Assembly (NCBI GenBank): GCA_017461395.1
Contig: JAFTYF010000025.1
Location: 13,713 to 77,712, forward strand
Length of the DNA: 64,000 nt
Origin: Ruminococcus sp.
Lineage (GTDB): Bacteria; Bacillota; Clostridia; Oscillospirales; Ruminococcaceae
Reading direction: 5' to 3'
Below the pieces are notes generated by a model. That model saw only the letters and a list, made by a program, of their open reading frames with translations, searched no databases and was not told the origin of the DNA. Of this stretch, positions 53,206 through 63,776 are shown piece by piece. The position numbers and the translations under genes were made by a program. Position 1 is the first letter of the stretch, and each line of letters starts with the position of its first letter.

Positions 53206-53258
53206 AGGGCGGTCAATGACCGCCCATTGCGCTATACTAAGAGTAAAGGAGTGCCGGA

Positions 53259-54401
53259 ATGAAAATTACTTTTGACGCTGTTCCGCTTATCGCTGACAAG
53301 ATAACAGGAATCGGCTGGTGTGAAGCCGGTCAGACCATGAAGCTTGCAGAGCTTTATCCCGAAAACCGCTGTGAATACAGCTTTTTCGCTGACCGCAAAG
53401 GAAATGCTGTACGGCAGATAAAGCAGTTTTCCGGCAAAAATATCAAGCTGAATACGTCGCGCTTCCCGAAAAAACTGTACAGACTGCTGTCGGTGCTTCT
53501 TCCGGTGCCGTACTCTGCATTTTTTGGGAAAAAGTCCGATATCACGCACTTTTTCAACTATATCATTCCGTCCGGAGTCAAGGGAAAAACTGTAGTTACC
53601 GTTCATGATATGGTCTATAAGGCTTTTCCGGAGACTGTCAGGGGACGTACACGCTTCATGCTCGACGCCGGACTGAAAAAGTCCCTGAAACGTGCGGATA
53701 TCATCGTTACCGACTCAGAATTTTCACGCACTGAGATAGTTAAATATTTCCCGTGGTGCGAAAATAAGCTCAGAGTTGTGCCGTGCGGGGTTGATACTGA
53801 GAGATTCCACCCGTGCGGTGATTCGCAGAAAATTGCCGATGTAAAGGCGTCTCTCGGCATTGAGGGAGACTATTTCCTCTACCTCGGAACTATTGAGCCG
53901 AGAAAAAATCTGGAGCGCCTTATTTCGGCATACAATGCCTTTTCAAAGAAAGTCAGCAATCCCCCGAAGCTCGTGCTTGCCGGCGGAAAAGGCTGGCTGT
54001 ATGACGGAATTTTCAGCCGTGTGAAGTCTCTCGGACTGGAAGATAAGGTTATTTTCACGAAATACGTCCCTTCCGAGGACATGAACGCTCTCATGTGCGG
54101 TTCGCTGGCATTTGTATTTCCGTCGCTCTACGAGGGTTTCGGTATGCCGCCGCTTGAGGCTATGGCTTGCGGAGTTCCGGTGCTTGTATCGGGGGCTGCT
54201 TCGCTTCCGGAGGTAACAGGCGACTGTGCTGTTATCGTTGATCCCTATGATGTGAAGAGCATTGCACGAGGATTATACAGACTGTATACAGATGAAGCTC
54301 TCCGATGTGATCTCAGCAGACGTGGAATTGAACGTGCAAAGGGATTCACATGGGACAGATCTGCACAGATGCTTCACGACATCTACAAGGAGTTGGTATA
54401 A
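53259..54401 (+). CDS. Glycosyltransferase family 4 (WbpY/MtfB-like)
   Basis: TVHDM, GTIEPRKN, SLYEGFGMPPLEAMACG. Confidence 0.88.
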   Translation: MKITFDAVPLIADKITGIGWCEAGQTMKLAELYPENRCEYSFFADRKGNAVRQIKQFSGKNIKLNTSRFPKKLYRLLSVLLPVPYSAFFGKKSDITHFFNYIIPSGVKGKTVVTVHDMVYKAFPETVRGRTRFMLDAGLKKSLKRADIIVTDSEFSRTEIVKYFPWCENKLRVVPCGVDTERFHPCGDSQKIADVKASLGIEGDYFLYLGTIEPRKNLERLISAYNAFSKKVSNPPKLVLAGGKGWLYDGIFSRVKSLGLEDKVIFTKYVPSEDMNALMCGSLAFVFPSLYEGFGMPPLEAMACGVPVLVSGAASLPEVTGDCAVIVDPYDVKSIARGLYRLYTDEALRCDLSRRGIERAKGFTWDRSAQMLHDIYKELV

Positions 54402-55537
54402 TGACGAAAAAACTGCGGATTTTAGAGGTAAACAAGGCTTATTATCCTCATGTCGGCGGAATTGAAACGCTTGTGAGACTTTACTCCGAGGAGCTTGGCA
54501 GAAGCTATGATGCTGACGTGAAGGTTCTGGTGTGCCGTGATAATCGTGGAAAAACCGTGAGACAGCGCATAAACGGCGTGGAAGTTACCCGTGCCGCAAG
54601 TCTCGGAACTTATTTCAAGTGCCCGATTTCCTTTACTTTTATAAGACTTTTCAGAAAAATGGCGAAAAATGCGGATGTTATCCACATCCATATGCCGTTT
54701 CCGCTTGCGGACGCCGCTGCACTTCTGTCCGGATTCAAGGGAAGAATAGTACTTTCGTGGCACAGCGACATCGTAAAGCAGAAGAAACTCATGCTCGTCT
54801 ATAAACCGTTCATGAAATGGCTTCTCAACCGTGCGGACGCAATTGCAATTGCAACTCCCGGACATTATTCGGGCTCGGATCACCTCACAGACTACGTCGA
54901 AAAATGCCGGATAGTCCCCTATGGAATCGCTCCGGAGAAGTATCTCGGCATCGAAAGAAAGCCGGTTCTTACCGAAAAATGCAGCGATAAAAGAAGCGTG
55001 AAGGTATTCTTCACCGGACGTCTTGTCTACTACAAGGGCGTGGATGTGCTTCTGAAAGCGTTCCGCAGAGTAAAGGGCTGTGAGCTTTTTATCGCCGGAA
55101 CTGGCGATCTTGAACCTACACTTAAAGAATATGCCCACAGAAAAGGGCTTGAAAATAAAGTGCATTTTCTGGGATTTCTCTCCGACCGTGAGCTTAAACA
55201 GGCTTATGCTGACTGTGATATCTTCGTGCTTCCCTCGGTGGAAAAAAGCGAGGCATTCGGTATAGTTCAGCTTGAAGCCATGATTTACGGCAAGCCTGTT
55301 ATAAATACGCTTCTGCCGTCGGGAGTTCCTCATGTAAGCCTCGCCGGAGTTACCGGTCTTACCGTGAAAAAATCTGATCCGGCAGAGCTTGCAGACGCTA
55401 TAAATACACTTGCGGAAAACAAGGATCTGCGTGAAATCCTCGGAAAAGCGGCGGCAGAAAGAGTCTGCTCGCAGTTTAATGAAAAAATCGCTCTGGACAG
55501 CCTTTATCGGGTGCTGTCCGGAAAGGAGAACGGCTGA
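54401..55537 (+). CDS. Glycosyltransferase family 4 (WbpZ-like)
   Basis: YYPHVGGIE, HMPFP, WHSDIVKQ, GRLVYYKG, EAFGIVQLEAM. Confidence 0.85.
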   Translation: MTKKLRILEVNKAYYPHVGGIETLVRLYSEELGRSYDADVKVLVCRDNRGKTVRQRINGVEVTRAASLGTYFKCPISFTFIRLFRKMAKNADVIHIHMPFPLADAAALLSGFKGRIVLSWHSDIVKQKKLMLVYKPFMKWLLNRADAIAIATPGHYSGSDHLTDYVEKCRIVPYGIAPEKYLGIERKPVLTEKCSDKRSVKVFFTGRLVYYKGVDVLLKAFRRVKGCELFIAGTGDLEPTLKEYAHRKGLENKVHFLGFLSDRELKQAYADCDIFVLPSVEKSEAFGIVQLEAMIYGKPVINTLLPSGVPHVSLAGVTGLTVKKSDPAELADAINTLAENKDLREILGKAAAERVCSQFNEKIALDSLYRVLSGKENG

Positions 55538-56472
55538 TGAAAGCTCTTATTATAGGCGGTGCCGGCTTCGTGGGGGGGTATCTCATCCGTGAGCTTGACA
55601 GTGCCGGACAGGAGGTCTTTGCGACCTGTCTGGAAAACGAAAATATAAGCGGAAACTGTTCTGTCCGCACGCTGAATATCCTCGATGCGGACGCAGTAAG
55701 TGAAGTTATCGGCGAAATAAAGCCGGATGTGATATATCATCTTGCGGCGCAGAGCTCTGTTTCCCTGTCGTGGAAAAAACCTCAGCTCACAGCGGATATC
55801 AACGTTATCGGTACGATAAACGTTCTTGAAGCCGTAAAAAACTGCGAAAAAAAGGATATCCGCCTGATTCTTATAGGCTCCGGCGAGGAATACGGCTTCA
55901 TCCGGAAGGACGCTTGTCCGCTTACTGAGGAAGAACCGCTCAATCCCGGAAACATCTACGCCGCAACAAAGGCTTGTCAGGGAATGCTCGGCGAAATTTA
56001 CGCCCGTGCCTACAAAATGGATATCATCATGGTGAGAGCGTTCAATCACTCCGGACCGCAGCAGCTTCCGATGTTTGTTATTTCCGATTTCTGCCGTCAG
56101 ATAGCGCTTATCGAAAAGGGCGATTCTCCGGCTGTTATGAGCGTCGGAAATCTTGCCGCAAAGCGTGATTTCACCGATGTCCGTGACGTTGTAAGAGCAT
56201 ACCGACTTCTCGGTGAAAAGGGAGTCAGCGGACGCACATACAATGTCGGCAGAGGAAAAGCTGTTGAAATTCAGTACATTCTTGATACGGCGCTGAGCTT
56301 CTCGCAGAAGGAAATTGAAGTAAAACAGGATCCGGCAAGAATGAGAGCTTCAGACATTCCCGTTATTGAGCCGGATGTTTCACGGATTTCCGGCGATACG
56401 GGCTGGAAAGCTGAGATATCAATGGAAAAGACGATTGAAGATACATTAAATTACTGGAGGAATACACTATGA
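55537..56472 (+). CDS. GDP-4-keto-6-deoxy-D-mannose reductase-like SDR (Rmd-like)
   Basis: GGAGFVG, HLAAQSSV, GSGEEYG, YAATK, FNHSGP, GNLAAKRDFTDVRDVV. Confidence 0.7.
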   Translation: MKALIIGGAGFVGGYLIRELDSAGQEVFATCLENENISGNCSVRTLNILDADAVSEVIGEIKPDVIYHLAAQSSVSLSWKKPQLTADINVIGTINVLEAVKNCEKKDIRLILIGSGEEYGFIRKDACPLTEEEPLNPGNIYAATKACQGMLGEIYARAYKMDIIMVRAFNHSGPQQLPMFVISDFCRQIALIEKGDSPAVMSVGNLAAKRDFTDVRDVVRAYRLLGEKGVSGRTYNVGRGKAVEIQYILDTALSFSQKEIEVKQDPARMRASDIPVIEPDVSRISGDTGWKAEISMEKTIEDTLNYWRNTL

Positions 56473-57164
56473 AGAAATTTCTGACAATTCTGCTTGCAGT
56501 GTCAATGATGTCATGCGCATTTGCTTCATGCGGAAAAAAGGACAGCGGCAAGGATGATGAAAAAAGCTCCTCTGCTTCTGAGGAAAATCCCGCAGTCGGC
56601 AGATGGGTACCCGTTGAAAAAGAAGGTACTATCTTTGATATACTCAGCGAGGATGAAGCGTATATCTGCGCTGTACAGGATCTTTCTGAAACAATATACT
56701 TTGATGAGAAAGATAACTTCGTGTTCAGCGGAATGGAATTTTCCGGCGACAATTACGATTTCGACGGCGAAACATTCGTGCTTCACGCTTTCAGCGACAA
56801 TGACCTTACTATGAAGAAAACTGACGGCAGCGAGGAGCTTTCCGGCGAATTCCAGTGGACAAGCGGCGATCTCTACGACGACGTTGCAGGAGGTCTTACT
56901 GAAGCCGCCGCCGCTGACGGGCTTGATATCACAGGCGACAATATAAAGACATTCATGAACTGCACTGAGAACAGCACTTCCCTTGAAATCAGAATAAAAG
57001 TAACTGAATTTGAGCTTTCAGACGAAACTATCACAATCGGCGGAAAGATCTTCGGTGAGGATGAACTCAGGGACGCTGAATATTCCATTGACGGCGATAA
57101 AATGATTATTATAAATGCTCAGGATGAAGAAGTAGAGCTTGAAAGAATCACAGAAGCTGAGTGA
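56469..57164 (+). CDS. Acidic lipoprotein of unknown function
   Basis: Lipobox FAS-C, D/E-rich, beta-strand-like pattern. Confidence 0.7.
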   Translation: MKKFLTILLAVSMMSCAFASCGKKDSGKDDEKSSSASEENPAVGRWVPVEKEGTIFDILSEDEAYICAVQDLSETIYFDEKDNFVFSGMEFSGDNYDFDGETFVLHAFSDNDLTMKKTDGSEELSGEFQWTSGDLYDDVAGGLTEAAAADGLDITGDNIKTFMNCTENSTSLEIRIKVTEFELSDETITIGGKIFGEDELRDAEYSIDGDKMIIINAQDEEVELERITEAE

Positions 57165-57174
57165 GGTGATATCT

Positions 57175-57537
57175 ATGGCAGAAACTAAGCTTACTAACGA
57201 ATTTATCCGTGCTTTTGACGGACATGAAAAGGTAAAAATGACTAAGGCGGCGGAAAAACTGACGGAATTCGGTGAAAAACAGAACGATGTCAACGAGGCG
57301 CTTGCCGGAAATATCAACAGCCTTATCAAGCGTGTATGCGCTTTGGAGGACAAGCAGGAAAAAAATACTGAGATCATGAAGAAAATCGCTGCTGAGCTTG
57401 CCTCTTTCAAGCGCGAGCTGGACAGGGTCAGACTTACGGAAAAGCTGAATTCCGGCGCGATTGAAAGACTTTCGAATGCTATGTCTCTGGCGTCTGCTCC
57501 GGCTGAGGAAAGCTCCGGCGAAAACGGTGAGGAATGA
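57175..57537 (+). CDS. Hypothetical coiled-coil protein
   Basis: GAGGTGA SD before ATG 57175; heptad pattern. Confidence 0.65.
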   Translation: MAETKLTNEFIRAFDGHEKVKMTKAAEKLTEFGEKQNDVNEALAGNINSLIKRVCALEDKQEKNTEIMKKIAAELASFKRELDRVRLTEKLNSGAIERLSNAMSLASAPAEESSGENGEE

Positions 57538-57558
57538 TTAAAAATTCACTGTAATCTA

Positions 57559-57690
57559 TTGACAATTTCCGGGTTTTGTTATATTATTAATACTGGAAAC
57601 TGCTCTGCAATATTAAGCAGGGCTTCCGCTGATTCTGCATGAATAAACGGAGGGTTTCAGACTCTCCGTTTTATTATTTATTTAAGAAAG
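57559..57690 (+). promoter_or_regulatory. atp operon promoter and hairpin-containing leader
   Basis: TTGACA 57559-17 bp-TATTAT; hairpins at 57595-57627 and 57645-57671, the second followed by a T-rich tract. Confidence 0.55.
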
Positions 57691-57704
57691 AAGGTGCTGC
57701 ATTT

Positions 57705-58394
57705 ATGGATATTGCTGACAAGCTTCTTGAGGAGCTTGAATGCCGTGTAGCCTTTACTATACCAATTTTCGGGGGAATCCCCGTCCCTGAGTCGTGCGTT
57801 ATGACGTGGGGAATTATGGCGGTTATCGTACTTTTCTGCATACTGTTCGTCCGCAAGCTCAAAACAGTTCCCACAGGAGCGCAGAGTCTCATTGAATCGG
57901 GCATAAACTGGATGAATAACTTTTTCCTTGACATTCTCGGTCCGAAGGGAAAGAAATATCTGCCGATACTTGAAACGATGCTGATTTATATTGGTATCTC
58001 GAATATCGTCGGAATCGTGGGACTGCGTCCGCCGACAAAGGATCTTGGAGTTACCGCAACGCTTGCGATTTTCGCAATACTGCTGATACAGTTCTGCGGT
58101 ATAAAGGAGCGCGGCGGAAAAGGCTGGCTTCACAGCTTTATTGAGCCGATGCCGCTGCTTCTGCCGATCAAGATACTGGAGCTTTTCATCAAGCCGCTTT
58201 CGCTTTGTATGCGTCTTTTCGGAAACATCCTCGGCGCATTCGTTGTAATGGAGCTTATAAGGCTTGTTGTTCCGGTGGGAATCCCGCTGGTTCTCGGCTT
58301 GTATTTTGATATCTTCGACGGATGTATTCAGGCTTATGTATTTGTTTTCCTCACCTCGCTGTTTATGGCGGAGGCAATGGAGGAAGAAGAATAA
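57705..58394 (+). CDS. atpB: F0 subunit a
   Basis: RPPT, KPLSLCMRLFGN with conserved Arg, IQAYVFVFLT. Confidence 0.95.
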   Translation: MDIADKLLEELECRVAFTIPIFGGIPVPESCVMTWGIMAVIVLFCILFVRKLKTVPTGAQSLIESGINWMNNFFLDILGPKGKKYLPILETMLIYIGISNIVGIVGLRPPTKDLGVTATLAIFAILLIQFCGIKERGGKGWLHSFIEPMPLLLPIKILELFIKPLSLCMRLFGNILGAFVVMELIRLVVPVGIPLVLGLYFDIFDGCIQAYVFVFLTSLFMAEAMEEEE

Positions 58395-58413
58395 CTTTTT
58401 GGAGGATTTACTT

Positions 58414-58635
58414 ATGGGATCAATCGCACTTGGCGCCGCAATCGCCGTACTTACGGGCGCAGGCGCAGGAATCGGAATCGGTCTTGCAACCTCAAAGGCT
58501 GCAGAGGCTATCGCACGTCAGCCAGAAGCTAAAGGCGACATCAACAAGGCGCTTCTTTTAGGATGCGCTCTTGCCGAAGCTACAGCTATCTACGGCTTTG
58601 TAATCGCAATTCTTATCATCTTTTTCCTTAAATAA
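58414..58635 (+). CDS. atpE: F0 subunit c, copy 1
   Basis: GAGAGIGIG, ARQPE loop, LAEATAIY; GGAGG SD. Confidence 0.95.
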   Translation: MGSIALGAAIAVLTGAGAGIGIGLATSKAAEAIARQPEAKGDINKALLLGCALAEATAIYGFVIAILIIFFLK

Positions 58636-58650
58636 CCGGAGGTATTTACT

Positions 58651-58872
58651 ATGGGATCAATCGCACTTGGCGCTGCAATCGCCGTACTTACAGGCGCAGG
58701 CGCAGGAATCGGAATCGGTCTTGCAACTTCAAAGGCTGCAGAGGCTATCGCACGTCAGCCCGAAGCTAAAGGCGATATCAACAAGGCACTTCTTTTAGGA
58801 TGTGCTCTTGCCGAAGCAACAGCTATTTACGGCTTTGTAATCGCAATTCTCATCATCTTTTTCCTTAAATAA
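58651..58872 (+). CDS. atpE: F0 subunit c, copy 2 (identical protein)
   Basis: Same 73-aa sequence as copy 1, with its own GGAGGT SD. Confidence 0.95.
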   Translation: MGSIALGAAIAVLTGAGAGIGIGLATSKAAEAIARQPEAKGDINKALLLGCALAEATAIYGFVIAILIIFFLK

Positions 58873-58892
58873 TATCGGGAGGAAGCAATTTT

Positions 58893-59381
58893 ATGCTGGA
58901 TATAGACCACTGGAATTTCATATGGGCAGCGGTGAACCTGATATTGCTGTTCATATTGCTGAAAATATTCCTTTTTAAACCGGTGAACAAGATCATGGAT
59001 GAACGTACCCGTACTATTCAGGATGATCTTGACGCTGCAAAAAAGTCAAAGGAAGAAGCTGAGGCTCTGAAAAAAGAGTATGAGGATACTCTCAGTGACG
59101 CCGACAAAAAGGCTCAGGAAATCATCATGAAGGCTCATGAGGACGCAAAATCGGAGAAATCTGCTATCCTGAAAAAGTCTCAGGAGGAGGCAGAACAGCT
59201 TATTTCCGACGCCAATAAAACTATCGAAAACGAGCGCAAAAGAGTTCTTGCGCAGGCTCAGACGCAGATCGCTGACCTTGCTATAGAAGCCGCCTCGAAA
59301 ATTATCGGTGAAAATCTTGATGACGAGAAGAATCGCCGCCTTGTGGATAAATTCTTATCCGATGAGGAGGTTGAAAGCTGA
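58893..59381 (+). CDS. atpF: F0 subunit b
   Basis: N-terminal TM helix, LFKPV..MDERT..I, coiled coil. Confidence 0.93.
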   Translation: MLDIDHWNFIWAAVNLILLFILLKIFLFKPVNKIMDERTRTIQDDLDAAKKSKEEAEALKKEYEDTLSDADKKAQEIIMKAHEDAKSEKSAILKKSQEEAEQLISDANKTIENERKRVLAQAQTQIADLAIEAASKIIGENLDDEKNRRLVDKFLSDEEVES

Positions 59382-61414
59382 TGGCAAATACCGATAAAGA
59401 GCTTCTGAAAGAGCTTCTCCGCCTTGACATTCCTCAGGATGACGCCGAAGCCGCAATGCATATCTTTACAGATTGTAAAGATGTTGCTGATACTCTTTCA
59501 AATCCGCTTGTCACTTCGGAGGAGAAGCGGGCTGTAATTTCACGGCTTTTCCCTGAGAGTATGCATAAATTCATACTCAGCGCCATAAAGACAAAAAGCG
59601 TTGAAAATATTCCCGCTGCACTTGAAGGCTACAACGACGCACTTCTTGAAAAACAGGGCTGCATAAAGGCTGTAGTCCGCTATGTTACGCCGCTTACCGA
59701 GGTTCAGCAGGCTGATCTTCGCAGGTACATCATGGAACGCTTCGTCAAGGAAGATGTTGCGATAGAGTACAGGCACGATCCCGATATCATCGGCGGATTC
59801 ATCCTCAATGCCGGCGATGTCGAGTACGATAAGAGCTACCGCAGCGCTCTCAGCCGCATGAAGGAAAATCTTCACAGCAAGGCTGCGGAATATACAGATA
59901 GTAATAAAGAAAAAAGTCCACTAAGCTCCATGAGCGATATAATTTCCATGCTGAAAACGGAAATTCAGGACTTCGATGTGAAATCCGGAGCAACCGAAAC
60001 AGGCTTTATCACACGCCTCGGTGACGGAATAGCTCAGGTCAGAGGCATGAATTCCGTTATGTACGGCGAGCTTGTTGAGTTTGAGACGGGTATCAGGGGT
60101 ATCGTTCAGAACCTCGAAGAAAAAACTACGGGCGTTGTGCTTCTCGGCGACGATCACGGACTTACAGAAGGCTCCTCCGTTATCAGAACGGGCAAGCGTG
60201 CCGGAATCGGCGTGAGCGGCGAGCTTTTAGGACGTGTCGTTGACGCTCTCGGTTCGCCTATCGACGGCGGAAGTCCGATAATCGCTGAGGATTACTTCCC
60301 TATCGAGCGTGAGGCTCCCGGAGTTATCGAGAGAAAGCCGGTAAACGTTCCGCTTCAGACGGGAATTCTTGCCATTGACTCGATGTTCCCTATCGGACGC
60401 GGTCAGCGTGAGCTTATCATCGGCGACAGACAGACCGGAAAAACCTCTATTGCTCTCGATACCATTATAAATCAGAAGGACAAGAACGTTATCTGCGTTT
60501 ATGTGGCTATCGGTCAGAAATCCTCGACCGTTGCACAGGTCGTGGGAACTCTTAAAAAATTCGGCGCTATGGATCACACAGTCGTTGTGTGCGCATCTGC
60601 GAGCGATCCGGCACCTTTCCAGTATATTGCCCCCTATTCGGGAACTGCGATAGCTGAATATTTCATGTCAAAGGGACAGGATGTCCTCATTGTGTACGAT
60701 GACCTTTCAAAGCACGCCGTTGCGTATCGTGCGATGTCGCTGCTTCTTCACAGACCTCCGGGACGTGAGGCTTATCCGGGCGATGTTTTCTATCTTCATT
60801 CAAGGCTTCTGGAGCGTTCAAGCCGTCTTGACGATGAACACGGCGGAGGTTCTCTGACTGCTCTGCCGATCATCGAGACTCTTGCCGGCGATATTTCGGC
60901 GTACATTCCTACAAACGTAATTTCTATTACGGACGGACAGATTTTCCTTGAAAGCGAGCTTTTCAATGCCGGACAGCGTCCTGCGGTGAACTACGGTCTT
61001 TCCGTATCCCGTGTAGGCGGAGCTGCACAGACAAAGGCAATGAAAAAAGCCGCCGGAAATCTTAGAATCGACCTTGCGCAGTTCAAGGAAATGGAAATTT
61101 TCACGCAGTTTTCGTCGGAGCTCGACCAGTCCACTACAGAGCTTCTCAATCACGGAAGAATGTTAACGGAAATGCTCAAGCAGCCGCTTTACAATCCGCT
61201 TCCGCAGTATGAACAGGTAATTCTGCTCTATGCGGCACAGCACGGATTTTTCAAGGATATTCCGGCAAAGGAGCTTAAAGAATACTGCTCCGAGCTGATG
61301 AGCTATATCGGCACATACGGTCAGGATATCATTGCTGAGCTTGAACAGAATAAAGTCCTCACCGACGACCTTGCAGAAAGAATCGAGCGCATTGTCACTG
61401 CATTCGAGGAATAA
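59381..61414 (+). CDS. atpA: Fused F1 delta-alpha subunit (AtpH-AtpA)
   Basis: About 165 N-terminal aa are OSCP/delta-like (LSNPLV..EK, DPDIIGGFI..GD..YDKSY); alpha follows with GDRQTGKT and PGREAYPGDVFY; no stop codon between them. Confidence 0.9.
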   Translation: MANTDKELLKELLRLDIPQDDAEAAMHIFTDCKDVADTLSNPLVTSEEKRAVISRLFPESMHKFILSAIKTKSVENIPAALEGYNDALLEKQGCIKAVVRYVTPLTEVQQADLRRYIMERFVKEDVAIEYRHDPDIIGGFILNAGDVEYDKSYRSALSRMKENLHSKAAEYTDSNKEKSPLSSMSDIISMLKTEIQDFDVKSGATETGFITRLGDGIAQVRGMNSVMYGELVEFETGIRGIVQNLEEKTTGVVLLGDDHGLTEGSSVIRTGKRAGIGVSGELLGRVVDALGSPIDGGSPIIAEDYFPIEREAPGVIERKPVNVPLQTGILAIDSMFPIGRGQRELIIGDRQTGKTSIALDTIINQKDKNVICVYVAIGQKSSTVAQVVGTLKKFGAMDHTVVVCASASDPAPFQYIAPYSGTAIAEYFMSKGQDVLIVYDDLSKHAVAYRAMSLLLHRPPGREAYPGDVFYLHSRLLERSSRLDDEHGGGSLTALPIIETLAGDISAYIPTNVISITDGQIFLESELFNAGQRPAVNYGLSVSRVGGAAQTKAMKKAAGNLRIDLAQFKEMEIFTQFSSELDQSTTELLNHGRMLTEMLKQPLYNPLPQYEQVILLYAAQHGFFKDIPAKELKEYCSELMSYIGTYGQDIIAELEQNKVLTDDLAERIERIVTAFEE

Positions 61415-61427
61415 GAGGTGAGCGGAT

Positions 61428-62333
61428 ATGGCTAATATGAGAGAGATACGGGAACGTATCGACAGCATAAAGCAGATACTGAAAATCACCAACGCTATGT
61501 ATCTTATATCCTCGTCAAAGCTTAAAAAGGCACGAAAGGCACTCGATGCGACAGAGCCTTACTTCTACAAGCTGCAGGAGACGATTGAAAGCGTTCTGGA
61601 GCATACTCCGCACATGAGGCAGATGTATTTCGACCGCCGTCTGGATATTCCTCCGGAGAAGCGGAAAAAGGGATATATCGTCATTACAGCCGACAAAGGA
61701 CTGTGCGGAAGCTACAACCACAACATACTTAAATTCACCGAAAACGAGCTTGCAAAATCCCCCGATATCAGCAATTGCTATCTTTTTGTGCTGGGACACG
61801 TCGGCAGAATGTATTTCACAAGCCGTCTGAAAAACAGCAGCAAGCCCTTCGTTGACGGAGAATTCCTCTATACTACGCAGAATCCCACGCTCTACAGGGC
61901 AATGGAGATTGCACAGCTGGTGCTTGATAAATTCGAGAACCGTGAGCTTGATGAGGTCTATGTTATCTACACCGACATGGTGACTTCAAACGTGCAGGAA
62001 GAAAGAATGATACAGCTTCTGCCGTTCAGCCGCAGACATTTCGGAAAAGCTCCGGACGGCACAATGAAGAAGCTCCCGAAAGCGTCGTTCCTTCCGTCGC
62101 CGGAAGAAGTTATGGCGCATCTCATACCGGATTACGCAAAGGGAATCATTTACGGCGCAATGGTAGAAGCGTTCTGCTGTGAGCAGCAGTCGAGAATGAC
62201 GGCTATGGATTCGGCTACCACAAGCGCAAAGGATATGATAAAACAGCTGTCACTGCTCTACAACAGAGCACGACAGGGCGCTATCACGCAGGAAATCACC
62301 GAAGTCGTCAGCGGCGCAGCCAGTCTGGAATAG
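61428..62333 (+). CDS. atpG: F1 gamma subunit
   Basis: KITNAMYLISSSKL, DKGLCGSYN, RMTAM..AT, RQGAITQEITEVVSGA. Confidence 0.96.
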   Translation: MANMREIRERIDSIKQILKITNAMYLISSSKLKKARKALDATEPYFYKLQETIESVLEHTPHMRQMYFDRRLDIPPEKRKKGYIVITADKGLCGSYNHNILKFTENELAKSPDISNCYLFVLGHVGRMYFTSRLKNSSKPFVDGEFLYTTQNPTLYRAMEIAQLVLDKFENRELDEVYVIYTDMVTSNVQEERMIQLLPFSRRHFGKAPDGTMKKLPKASFLPSPEEVMAHLIPDYAKGIIYGAMVEAFCCEQQSRMTAMDSATTSAKDMIKQLSLLYNRARQGAITQEITEVVSGAASLE

Positions 62334-62370
62334 TCTGCATACCGCAATAATCCTCCAATGAAGGAGTTGA

Positions 62371-63774
<1,404 letters not shown>

Positions 63775-63776
63775 TC

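Noticed and set aside
57595-57640. Fluoride or c-di-AMP riboswitch in the atp leader
   Set aside because: AACTGC-stem and GCTGA fragments are present, but the other conserved core segments of either family are missing
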